Source: Rhizophagus irregularis
Lineage: Eukaryota
DNA: 64,000 bases
NCBI RefSeq assembly: GCF_026210795.1
Contig: NC_089429.1
Span: forward strand, 3,162,001-3,226,000
Direction: 5' to 3'
A program made the position numbers and the translations under genes. Below are positions 50,459 through 62,925 of this stretch, in pieces. The notes under the pieces were generated by a model that did not search any database, was not told the origin of the DNA, and was given only the letters and a program-made list of their open reading frames with translations. Numbering within the stretch: the first letter of the stretch is position 1; each line of letters starts with the position of its first letter.

Positions 50459-53400
50459 TTATATATGAGTATCACGATTATCGTGACGGTTATTGTGATA
50501 AGTACGGTTATTGGGATAAGTGCGGTTATTGGGATATGTACGATTATCTTGATAACTATGGTTATCGTGATAAGTGCGGTTATTGTGATAAGTACGGTTA
50601 TCGTGATAAGTGCGGTTATTGTTGTGATAAGTACGGTTATCGTGATAAGTGCGGTTATTGTGATAAGTGCGATCATCTCTTGGAGAACCTCTTCCCCTTC
50701 CTCTCCCTCTTCCTCTACTACCACTTCTCACGCATTCATGATCCTCCCATCCTAAAACTGGAGGATCCATTCTGACGTTTCGTAAAAGGATAGACTTATG
50801 TGCGTTGCCAGCTGTTTTAGCAGGAAGATAATAGAATATACTAAAAATATACAAGTGAATTGGTCAAGGTTCTTAATTAAATCAAATAATGAGTCAATCT
50901 AAGGAAATATACCTCAATGATCTATCAATAATATCTGGCATGTTTTTTTCAACAAAAGGTGAACGAAACGTACTTTTAGGTACAAAATTTGGATCTTTTG
51001 AAACAAATCCAATCATCTTGTCGCTAATGGTTGGATCCAATGGTATAGGCTGCCATAAATTTCAATTAAATTAATAAAATTCACTCTAAATCTCAAGGAA
51101 TTATTAAATCTCACCTTGTCCGAGTCCTGGTTTGAATATAAGGGGCATAATATATTATATAATTTATGACTGTTGCTAAAGCAGAGGACTTCGGATCCAC
51201 ATGTGTTTCTCATAGTTTCATCGGTTGTTAACTGGGGATAAACCGATTCCATGGCTCTAAGCAAACGTGGTTCATCAATGAAAGGAAGTAAAGCAACTCC
51301 TATAAATCATTAAAAAAAGTGTATTTAAGTATATGAAGAACGATATATAAAGGATACAATAATAAGTATATATTACCTTGCCACGCGTATCTTTTCCCGT
51401 TTAAATCTATTTTGAATTTTTCTGGATAAAAGTCTATTATATCACTAGCTTCATCAGTCATAAGTTTATGAAAAGGCACTGGTAAAAATTCTTTACTATA
51501 ATTTATTTAAATTTATTAAATAATATAATTTTTGTTTAGTTAATTAACCGATAAAAAAATCGTAACTACCTTTGTGCTGGCAGTACACCCATTAATTGTT
51601 CGAATGGCTTGAAAGGTTCGCCCAATTCGAATTTAATTTGAATGTCACCAATATCAACGAAGTCTGATGCGAATGGCGAATAATGGTAAGGATAATACCA
51701 TTTCCAAGAGGGAACACCCTATAATTATGTATAAGTGTTAATAAAATTAACAAAGTTACTTTTAGTAAAAAAGATTATACCTGATAATAATATTGTAGAA
51801 CCCAAGATAGGCCTTCAATATAACTCTTCACGAGACTGTTCAAGAAAAAATAAATATATAAAATATAAATCGTTAATATGAAAAAAAATTTTCATTACTG
51901 AAATAAGTGAACTTACTTTTGTTGGAATTCTTTGTCTGGTAGGTCAATACCAAATTTCTGTTTATAATATCTCTCTTTAAATCCTGTTTCCCATAATCTA
52001 AAATTGTTTTGGCGTTAAACAACTACATTTGTATCAAGGAGTCGAATTTACGATATATAATTACCTAATTGGATCAACAACATCCTCACTATCTTTTGAT
52101 ACGCTCGGTGAGTCATCGTCATCATCATTAACATCGTCATCCCTTTCGGAAGTAATTGGAATTTCATCGTCCAATATATCTGCTTTTCTCTTTGTAGCTA
52201 ACATAACCTTATCACCAGTATCTCGTTTAATTGTCTCAGAAACAGAAATATCAGAATCCACGTTTTTATTGATTTGTATATCAATATTTGCTGTTGAAAC
52301 AGGGGCACTGGAACTATTTAACTCTGCCTTCAATGATTGTGCAGCATTTATATTAGCTATCCGTAATTCTTGTCTATTAGTAACAACTTCTTGATTTGAT
52401 TTTGCACGTAGTTGCGAGTCAAATCCTTTCACTGGGAGTAAAGGCATTCCAATTGGTAAATGAGGCAGGCTAGGTGTAACACATTCATTATTCAAGTTTT
52501 GTAAGTTATCAATTTCGTTTTGGGATGATTCTGGTGGCTGATTGACGTCAGTGACTTTATTCGGTTTAGTCTTTTGACGTTTTGGAGGTGGAGGTGGAGG
52601 TGCTCGCCTTTGCTCATCTATCGACGAAAATTATAGTAGTTACCAGTGAATAATAATAAATAATCTGAATGCATAGAATAATGATGAATTAAATGATATA
52701 ACACTTACTTCTATGTCGTCGAATAAAAATATCATCTTCTTGTTTGCCAAGTTCTGTGACTAAATATTGTAACCCTTTTAAATCCACCTATATATGAAAT
52801 AGTAACTAGTTTTAAGTATCTTGAATTTTTATACAACAATAGCTAGATAAAACTTACATTTCCACTATTTGTCAAATAACCACCCATTAATGAGAGACAA
52901 CGTTTCCATATAGTTATCAAAGTATCTATTGCACCTTCTCTAATCTCCAAAGACGGCAAGTGAGGAAGAAAATCATTACCTACGAAAAAGCAAAGAAATA
53001 CCCAATCATCAATCGCATTCTCCAAATTAAATGGCCAAGGTATGTTAGATACTTTAAGTTCAATTTCCAAATATTCTCGAAGAACTTGAACATTTAGAAA
53101 AACATATGGTTTAAGAGCCGTGGCCTTTCCTTTCTCATCATATTGCCCCTGTTTCTGTTTTGCACGACCTATGAAAACATGTATCATGAGATTAAACAAT
53201 CAATTATATTTCAATACAAAACTTTCAAAAAAACCTGTGCATTGATTAGCCATATGGTCAGATTGACCACAAATAAAACATCCTCTATAAATTCCTTCTT
53301 GAAAGAAGATGTCTTCTCGTAGAACTTTAAAATGAGGTTCGTGCGTAGCTAACGAAAGCATTATAAGATCGGCATCCTACAAATTAACAAGAATCGTGAG

Positions 53401-54661
53401 CAGATTCAATTGTCGTAAATAAAGACAAATTTTTTTAAAAAGAAACCGACCAAGCCGTATATTACGTGACGAGTATTAGGATCGTGATATGGACTAGCAC
53501 GTTGCGCACGAATAAAATCCATAATTTTATGTTCACCTTCACCTGGTACACTTGCATCAGAAAGTATGACTTTTAACTACGAAAATAAACGTTAGTGTTT
53601 AAATTTTTTTAACAAAATGAATACAATAATTTATTAAAATCAAAACAGAAATCCAAAGACGAAAAATTGTGACATACATTTTTCCATCCTGGCTCTGTAT
53701 TGAGTTTATCTGCAATCCAATATCGCAAACAAACTGCAAGACGTGCCATAAAAGGTGTACCTATTATTTTAATTAAACATAATTAATGAACTGACAATAA
53801 GCTTAGCCATTTACAAAATTATAAAACGATAGATACCTGGTGTTATACAATTACTATCAAAAGACTTCTTTAATTTAACATCTTGGTCTATTGATTGACC
53901 TGACGCTATTATAGGTAAAATGTATTATAGAAGGTTAATAAAATTCAAATCTATTGAGAATTATTTAATTATACAACAATAAACACACGATACCCTCAAG
54001 TTTTTCTATTGCTTGAGCTGCTTCTTCTGCCTTTTCTTTGGCTTCTTGTGCTGCTCTAAATCTACGAGATCTCTGTTGATTCATCTTAGCACGAGGTGCA
54101 ACGCCATCTAATATATAATGATTTTGTCAAAAAAAACCTCTATCCGCAACTTGCCAAATTTTATCTTTACAGAATAAATTATTGTTATTGAGTATAATAA
54201 TTACCAATAGCGAGATATAAAACTTTTCTAGGACGAATCATAGCAACTATTCGCTCTGTATATTCCATTATTTCGACCATCATATCTTCTTCTGTAGCTG
54301 GAGCAGGCTTATAAATAATAAAATAAAAACTAAATTATCCAATCAAATATAATCTTGAAAAGGTTGATATATCGTAGATTTAAAAAGTTTACCTTGTTCT
54401 CCGGATGACAACAAGGATGAATAATACCATTCATATCTAAATATAAATTGTCAAACTCAATATTATTTGGATTTGGTTTAGAAATATCGACTGGAAGTTT
54501 TACTCCATTAACTTCAGTAGGAGTCTCTTCAATGACTTGCTCGATGATCTTTGGATACTTTTTGGATAACCATCTAAAAATTAATAAATAAATAAATAAG
54601 TTCTGATCTAGCGAACCAACCAAAATTGAAACTCATACCTAAAGAGAGCTGGAACCCCCAT
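50459..54661 (-). CDS. RAT1: Nuclear 5'-3' exoribonuclease 2 (Rat1/Dhp1/Xrn2), multi-exon
   Basis: [67 protein letters not shown] knuckle [36 protein letters not shown] and [14 protein letters not shown]. Confidence 0.95.
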
Positions 54662-54754
54662 GGCGATAAGTTTAGTAATAAGGTAGAATTGCAGTATTAT
54701 ATTTCTATGAATTACTAAGAATCTCTGAGTACGTTAAGTATGAGCATCGCTATC

Positions 54755-54919
54755 GCAAAAATATGAATCTTTGACCCGTCACATGGATTAATCTTGACCC
54801 ACTGCATGCACGTTGTCGATCACATATATTTTACAATACACCATGAATAGGATCGACAACGTGCATGCAGGTGGGTCAAGTTTCACGTACGTGACGGGTC
54901 AAGATGCATATATTTGCCT
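54755..54919. mobile_element. Small foldback/MITE just upstream of RAT1
   Basis: ~70-bp inverted arms (TTGACCCGTCAC..TGCATGCACGTTGTCGATC / GATCGACAACGTGCATGCA..GTGACGGGTCAA), flanked by direct repeat AGCATCGCTATC (54743-54754, 54920-54931). Confidence 0.75.
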
Positions 54920-55882
54920 AGCATCGCTATCAGGTAATGCCGAAATATTACGTAATTCAGGTGTGATGATCGACATTTCTATATTTTTTAATTAAATCGA
55001 CACAATTATATAAAGTCAGATCCACTCATATGGAAGGCTGTAGTGACAATATTTAAAGAATATAATATTACAATCTAACATTTTAAGTAAAATAATCATT
55101 AGTTTTTAAAGTAATTTAATAAATTAATTTAATAATCCCCTGTCGCACTAAGTGTCACTCATGATCACCATACTAATTTTATAAATGACCGGAAATCTTC
55201 GTTTATTTATTTCCCGGCCTTATAGATAGCCAGGAAATTACTAATTTTTAGCTTAAAATAGTTAAGTTTAAAATATTAATATTTAATGAGTGGCACACTC
55301 CAGGAGATTACCCATTTATTTCATGGAGAACATCAGGGTTTTTTTCCCTCATATGGGCGGATTTGTTCACCCTTTAATTAACATGTTTATTTAAGGTACT
55401 TTTGTTACACAAATTATTACATATGGCGCAGTAGGACCTGGGACGAACATTAAAAAAATTTTATTTGGTTTTATTAATACAATAATTTGATAAATTTGAT
55501 AAATAGTTCTTTTAAGCCAAAATACAATAAATATTATTCTTAGCAATACTGATAATATCTGTTGTGGAATCTCACTTTATACAATAGCTTCTAAATCTTT
55601 TTTGTGTAAAAATCAATAATACATATGCTTACAATTTGTTTGAATATAAAAGTTCCTATTTTGTCTACAGCAAGATAAATAAGAATTAATAATATGTTTT
55701 GAAAAATGCAAAAAATGGACAATTTTATGAAAGTTATTATAAAAAAAAAAATTTTTTAAATATTAAATGAGTCTTAGAATACTTTTATAAATATTCATAG
55801 CTATTGTGTCTATATAAATTTTTATTTTACTTTTTGTAACATACTTACTTTCTAATAATACACATTAAAAATACTATGCAGG

Positions 55883-57312
55883 TAAGGATGACGCCGCAAA
55901 TAGGCAATTGCGGAATAATTGCGATTTGCGGTATTGCAGAACATTGCGGATTTAGAAGTCTAAATATCCGCAAATTCGCAATTCGCAATTGTTAGCAATT
56001 CTGCAAATATTCCGCAATTCCGCAAATGATCTAAAGTACCGCAATTCAATTGCGGTACAATTGCGGTACTTTATGAAATTGCGGAACATTTGCGGATTTG
56101 TGGATTTGCCAATTATAGTCCGCCAGTCCAACACAGATTATCAGATAAATTGCGTATCTGATGATTTTTTTTTCTTTTTTATTGAAGTTTCCGGACAAAA
56201 ATTATGACTGAACTTTTTAAAATGGAGTCATGTAGATAAGAAGAAACTGGACAGCAAGTTGTTTTTTTAATAAATTTTTTTTTTTTTTGATTTTGTAGAG
56301 TTGCCAAACGAAAAGTATGGCCGGACTTTTGAAATTGAGGTAATAGAAGAACCGGGAAGGATTTTTGTTATTTTTTTTTAATTTATTTTTTTTTTCATTT
56401 TTGTAGTGTTGCCGGATGAAAAGCTCAAGATAAGGGAAGACCGGGAAGGGTTTTTGTTATTTTTTTTAATAACTAATTTATTTTTTTTTTGTTTTTGTTG
56501 AGTTGCCGGAAGAAAAGCATGACCGGACTTTTGAAATTAAGGTAAGGAAGGACTGGGAAGGGTTTTTGTTGCTTTTTTTTTAATATTTTCAAACTAATTT
56601 ATTTTTTTTTCATTTTTGTAGGGTTGCCAAACGAAAAGCATGACCAAACTTCTGGAATTGAGGTAAGGGAGGACCGGAAAGGGATTTTGTTACTTTTTTT
56701 TAATAATTTTCACTAATTTATTTTTTTTTTCGTTTTTGTAGAGTTGCCAGACGAAAAGTATGACCAGAATTCTGGATTGAGGTAAGGGAGGACCGGAAAA
56801 TTTTCGTTATTTTTTTTTGATAAATTTAATTAATTTATTTTTTTTTCTTTTCATAGGGTTTTAATAATTAAAGACACGACCAGAATTTTGAAATTGAGGT
56901 AAGGGAGAACCGAAGGAAAAGATGTTTATTGCTAATTTTCTTTAAAAAGAAACGTCACTAACATTTCTTTTCTTTTTATAGAGTTGCTGAATGAAAATAT
57001 ATATAGTATGGAGACTTATTTTAAAAATGGACAAAATTGTCCAGAATTTTTTCTAAGAAACGGCACAGTTATGCAATTTAGAAAAATATCGGTCTATGTT
57101 TAAGACGAATGATAAACAAATAAATAAATAAATTTATTATATTGATTTAAAAAACATTTTTATTTATTTATCGTTATAAATGTTTAAAAAATAATTTATT
57201 ATTTAAAAACATTAGCCAATCAGAATTGTGGAATTGCGGATTACTAACCGCAATTTGACTTCAAAATCCGCAATATTGCGAATTTGAAAAATAATTTGAG
57301 GGCCCATCCTTA
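55883..57312. mobile_element. Non-autonomous hAT element related to 19364-26700
   Basis: TIR TAAGGATG / CATCCTTA, TTGCGG/CCGCAA subterminal repeats, perfect 8-bp TSD TATGCAGG. Confidence 0.9.
56285..56995 (+). repeat. Tandem ~120-bp units, each resembling a mini-exon plus intron
   Basis: Repeated TTTTGTAG|AGTTGCC..GAAAAG.ATG.CC.GA.TT.TG.AATTGAG|GTAAG..CTAAT..poly-T. Confidence 0.8.
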
Positions 57313-57899
57313 TATGCAGGTGAGAATGGGTTTTTTGTTAACGAAATAGGTTTTTTTGTGTCTATTTTACATTAAATAATTTAAGTTTCGCAAATATAAA
57401 TTTTCACTTGACTTATTATTTAGTCAAGTGATATTCAATCAAGTGATTTCATGACATTACAAACCGGTTTTGGGTGACAGATATTATGAAAATCATTCAA
57501 AATTTAGCATTATGCAAAAGTAAACAAATCCGCCAATATGCCTTTGAGAAAAAACCCCTATTATTCCCAACTCCTTATAAAATAAACTCTTATAGAATTT
57601 CAGATACCTAATATACAACTAGTATTCTTGAATTGATTCAGATTTATAATATTACTAACCTATTTGACTTACTTAATCCATTTATTAAAATGTTAAAACT
57701 CAACATTTTTAAATAATAAAAAAATAAATGTTTTTAATTAGGGCTGTGATATATAATAGATAATATTTGGAAGTATCCAACCTTAAATTACATATACTAG
57801 GAAAATGGTAAACTGTTATGTAAGTCCAGAGCTTATCATATGATCTGTGACGCTGAAGAGAATAATTAGCTAAAAAATGTAACAGTCAAAGGGCTAAAC

Positions 57900-58060
57900 T
57901 AGAGCTCTGAAAATGACTTGCATAAACTCGCATTTTTGACTCATATAATTGTAAATTTTTGTTTAATTATATTCTAACTTAATAAAAAGTACTTTAAAAT
58001 TAAAGTTTTTGATTCGTGACTCGACTCAACTCGACTCAACTCAACTCATTAGGAGTTCTA
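57900..58060. mobile_element. Internally deleted hAT MITE related to 9244-9703
   Basis: TAGAGCTCTGAAA .. ACTCGACTCAACTC..GGAGTTCTA; degenerate TSD GGCTAAAC/GGCTGAAT. Confidence 0.6.
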
Positions 58061-58160
58061 GGCTGAATTAATGTATTGAGAAAAAGGTTAAATTAAAATT
58101 TAATTTATCCAAATACAGCATAGAGTATAAAATAATTAATAAATTTTATTAGATAATCAT

Positions 58161-58390
58161 ATCAGCTGAAAAACTAAGAGTTTTGGCAAGTTGGCGAAAT
58201 GCAACTTTGCCAAAACTATATAAAAGTTTTATTAAAAAGTTGGTAAAACTCTGGAGAAAAGCGAAACCTGACAAAACTTATTATAAATGCTGAAACTACC
58301 AAAACCTTGCCAAAATTATAATAAAACTAATAGTAAAATTTTGGAGAAACTAATCGTAGAATTTTGGTGAAATTTAGGCAGGCAACTTCA
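58161..58390. mobile_element. Degenerate third copy of the TAAGGTTGCTTG MITE family
   Basis: Aligns by eye with 39636-39879 (AAACTTATTATAAA.GC.GAAACT, TAGTAAAATTTTG, AATCGTAG.ATTTTG). Confidence 0.65.
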
Positions 58391-59149
58391 GTGTCAGCTA
58401 ATAATAAAATAAATTAAACAATTAGATTATTGCATCAGCTAGTAATAAATTGGATCAATTAATGTATGAAACAATCATATTTTAATAAATATAGAACAAT
58501 TAGAACAGAACAATTTAATCAATTTGAATGTTAAAGCCACAAAATCATGAAGCAAAGTCCCATATAACAATAAAATCACATTCAATCCAATAATTTTTAT
58601 TTTTTCACTATAAAATAAAAGATAAAATATAAATAAGATGAATAAATTTATTAATACAGGTATTTCGATAAGGACAAAAAAAAATTAAACGTCAACTGAC
58701 CTATCTGAAAAAAAGATATAAAATAAAATTATAAAAATGAATGGTTCCACTAATACAAAAATAAAATAAAAAACCAAGAAACTAATGAATAATGAACAAA
58801 ATGACTTGTACGAGAATGAGAATTAAAATGGCAAAAAAGAAAGAGAAGCAGAATAACAACATGAGAAGTGTCTTCAAAGTGTTCGCGAAAGAAGAAAAAA
58901 AAAGATGACAGAAATTAACAGTGATCAAAAAAATCAGAAAAATTAGGAAAACTAATATAGATAAGCTACGCGTAAATAAACCTGTAAATTAAAAAACTGA
59001 AATATATTAAAAGAACAAAACATCAACCAACAAACATGATAAGATCATGAAAAACAAGAAATAGAAAAAACTTACGTGAAAAATGATAACATAGATTTAG
59101 ACTCACAGTCTACATCACATTCAGCCATCACTATAAGTGAAAAAGAAAT

Positions 59150-59555
59150 CAGTATGTTGCAGGATTTCTGCATAAAAATGGATAATATATGTTATAATAT
59201 TCACCAAATATGTCAAAAGTGAATACCTTTATTACTGCTTGTTAAAGGAATATGTAAACGCTGTTATTATAAAAAGAATACAGACAGCACCTAAAAAAGT
59301 TTTTTAAGGGTAATAATATGCATCTAGATGATGTTTCTGATAAACTTAAAGGACTTAGTGAAATAGAAAAAATGCTTATTTTCCAGATTTTCATTATAAT
59401 GATAGTATACTGACTGCATAGTGGAAAAAACGACTATAGAGGACATGTAATAAATTTTCCTCAAAATATTCAGAGTTTTACAAAATGACTTTTACAGGAT
59501 CCGTTATCTTTAGATGTTCTTGTTGTATAACAGAAATTATCAAACGATCTAACAG
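59150..59555 (+). pseudogene. Helitron-associated (DUF6570-like) fragment
   Basis: Translates LKGLSEIEKMLI..YRGHVINFPQNIQSF..PLSLDVLVV, a motif found upstream of the Rep domain in Helitron-like proteins. Confidence 0.6.
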
Positions 59556-59596
59556 AACCCCAGAAAATACTTATATATGTATAAAGGTACCAAGGT

Positions 59597-59821
59597 AGGA
59601 CTCCGCTTACTTATAATAAAGGTTACCGTAGAAAATTAGTCTTTACTAATAGTTTTTACCTTACTTTTTTCTTAAATTCTATTGGTTAATTAGCCAAAAA
59701 GGAAAAAAATCATAACAATGTAACATAAAATTTCCCTTTATAGTAGGATCTGTAAAGAATTTTATATATGATTTTTACCTTAGGCCTGAGAGTGACTTAT
59801 CTTATATATAAACAAGATCCT
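59597..59821. mobile_element. Small MITE; related sequence in reverse at about 38412-38525
   Basis: Flanked by direct repeat ACCAAGGT; ends AGGAC / ATCCT. Confidence 0.55.
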
Positions 59822-60420
59822 ACCAAGGTGCTTAGCTAATATAGAAAAATTTTATGATATAAGAATTTTATAATGCTTAATTTTAAGAAAATTTATACTA
59901 TGTAAGATAATTAAGTTGCATATTTTTGGTATTATTTTAAAATACTAAGAGTTTTTAGTTGCTTATTTTTCGTATTTATAGAACTCTTTAAAATATTATA
60001 TATTGAATTTATAATTAATTTTTATAATGCATTCATGTGTCTGGTCTCAAGAAGGGTACATTTATAGAGAGTTGACTGTATATAAGTAGTTTCGACCTTG
60101 CTGAATAACTTTCAATTAATTTAAAAAGTCGATTTCATTTGACTGGAGTGGTGTAATTATGCTCTGAAGTTATAAACGAAAAAGTGAAAAATTTAAAAGT
60201 TATTACCATTATATAAAAAAGGTGATTTCTATTTGTATACAAGGTGTTTGAACCCGGATCACGTGACATCAATTTTTATAATATTTAAGAAGGAACATGT
60301 GACTTTAACTGTGGTATTTTTTATTGTAAAATCGTGTAACATAAATCACGTACAAGAGCAGCATATACATACATGCTATGAATGCTAAACAAATATGTTA
60401 TATATGCTATATAAAATGTG

Positions 60421-62920
60421 TTAGTTTTGACACGTCTTTGAGTAATGTCCATACTGCTTACACTTCCCGCACCTTCTCCCCTTTGTTTTATCTATAACAC
60501 CATGATCTATTATGTTAACCTGTGTACTATTTTTCAATACTCGATTAGATTCCTTAGACGAAGACAATTCAACATTTGACTTAAATCTTTTTGGAGGCCG
60601 TCCTTTGTGCTTGATAATAGCTGGATTATTAACATCAGCAAAGAGTTCTACTTCCTGAACATTCTTATTCTGTGCATTATAGATAAAAGCCTTGAGTAAG
60701 TTCACTAATTCATTTTGCATATTTGTCTTAAATGCACAATCAATACCCGTCTTTGATAACCCAAATAATTTCGCGTGAATAGCTTTACTTGATTTTACAG
60801 GTAGTTGGGAACCATGTGAATCAACTCGAAACAAAAAAAAGTGCTAAAAGTTGATACTTTTTTCTGTTTCTACATTTTCTACATTTTCTTGTGTTATGCC
60901 ACATACCGGAATAGAAGGATGTTATTGCAAAAGATCATTTGGATGAATATTGGTATTTAAGTACCATCAGTTTGGGATTATGCTTATATGAAATGTTGCA
61001 TATTGGGAATAAATACCAACATGAAAAAAGTGATGGCATACCAACTCTTTATTGATTAAAAGAAGGCAAGTACATAAATGCATTCCTTTATTAAGCAGGA
61101 TCACATAATGACCTATTCCTTTAGTCCCAGTTGCTTGTACATGCCATACTTCCATGATAGCTTCTGGTGGAATAGTTTTAATTAGTGATTGGAAGAGGAT
61201 TTGTCGTGTATCTTGCTCCTGTTCTCTAATTCCAATACTCATTTCTTCATTATCAATTTCCGTCTAGAAGTGTCAAAAATATGATTTAATCACAAAATCA
61301 CATATGGACGAAGTACAAAAATCAAAATTACTTGCCTCCATTAACTGTTGCCATTCTATAACCTGATTGGCATCATAGCATACTGATTGATTCATTTGTG
61401 ATCGCTGTTTTCCAAGCATTACCAGCGTTAAGAAGTCTTTGATAACAGCATCCATTTGTCCAAAAAATCTCGTATTCAACATTGGCATTCCAACTTTAGG
61501 TAATGCATTTCGTTCAATTTCAAACTTTTCAAGATGTTCTTCATTTTTAACATAATCTTTAATACTATGTAATAGATCACATAATGAAGTAGCTCGATCA
61601 ACTTTATCATGTATATGTTTATTAATTGATTCAATTCGTTGTGTGCTTTGGGCTCCAGTAGTGAATTGTTTGTATACCCAGGGAATTGCCTATGATTCCT
61701 TTTTAACATAGAGTGATTCAGAAAGATATTTTGCTGCTGCTGGATATTGATTTACTAACTGATTCCATCTGCATTCAAATAGTTTCTCACAAAGAGAATT
61801 ACGACATACATAGAACTTATGGTGAAATTCCTTAAACTGACTACCCAATTTTCCTTTAAGCTTTTTTCTGAGATTCAGATCAATATGGAAAATGCACAGC
61901 AGGTGCTGGGTATTGGAATAAATCTCTTTAATTGAATGAATCATTGAAGGATCTGAATCAGTGAAGATAACTCTGGGATAAACTCCTATTTCAGTAAGTA
62001 TTGTATCAAAGATCCATCTATAGGTGTCTAATGTCTCATCTTCAATGATAGCACTTGCCACAATTCTAGTCTTATAATTATTATCAATTACTGTTAAGAT
62101 GCATAGCATCATTTGAAACCTATTCGTATTATATGTTGTATCAAGTATTACAAAATTATTGTATTTGCTATATACAGTCAGCCCCCTTTATAGTCACACC
62201 CCTTGGAACCGAAAAAAAAGGGTGTGATTATAAAAAAAGTCATATGTTGTGATTATAGAGGAGGTTTTTCTAATATATTTATTAGTACATTGGGCCAAAA
62301 TATGGTATGCTTATAAAGGGGAATTTTATATGTTGTGATTATACGGGGGGTGACTATATAGGGGGTCGACTGTAGTTCCCTTTGTACCGGTGACATCCAA
62401 AAAAGAGAGCTTAATTTCCTTGAAATTGGGTCTAGTCTAGGTTTAACTATCCAGAGTGGCTCATCATCCTTCCATTCTAGTAATTGCTAAAGCATCTGGG
62501 ATGCATCAGTGGCACCTAGATTGTTTTTCTGACAAAATTGATATACCGCGTTATATAAGTCTTTTTTATGAATAGGTTTGTCTGGATAATCATATCTAAG
62601 CAAAGGATATATAGATCCTGAGTCTATTCGTCCTTAATTAACATACTTCTCTATATCTTCTAACATTTTAGGTGTTAATTTACGAAAACGTGATACTATT
62701 TCACGAATAATTGGAGTAAAAGAATGATTATGATGATTGTTAAATGAATTGATCTTTACAACACCATTTTTTTTTGGACAGGTGACATTAAGTTTTCAGG
62801 AATAGAGTACTCGTAAAGAAAAAGCATTACAGCACTTAATTAGATCTGAAGTGATTTGTGGATTATGTGAGCCAGACTTGGTGCATTCTATACATGCTGC
62901 CCAAATTATTTTGGGATGCC
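60421..62920 (-). pseudogene. FAR1/MULE-type transposase 2 (MULE, SWIM, C-terminal CCHC), decayed
   Basis: ILDTTYNTNRF, IEDETLDTYRWIF, FTDSDPSM, CIFHIDLNL, AGAQSTQRIESIN, CTCLLLINKELVCHHFF, KGRPPKR and CGKCKQYGHYSKTC. Confidence 0.88.
62175..62372. mobile_element. pogo/Tc1-type MITE
   Basis: TIR CAGTCAGCCCCCTTTATAGTCAC / GTGACTATATAGGGGGTCGACTG; TA flanks. Confidence 0.88.
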
Positions 62921-62925
62921 ATAAT

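Larger units (their letters stand above)
55335..57560. mobile_element. Degenerate TIR element hosting a hAT derivative
   Basis: AGGGTTTTTT..CATATGGGCGGATTTGTTCAC versus GTAAACAAATCCGCCAATATG..AAAAAACCCCT; no clear TSD. Confidence 0.5.

Noticed and set aside
50452..50775. Overlapping alternative-frame ORFs (ITITAL.., CDKYGYRDK..)
   Set aside because: Alternative frames of the 18-nt repeat in the RAT1 last exon.
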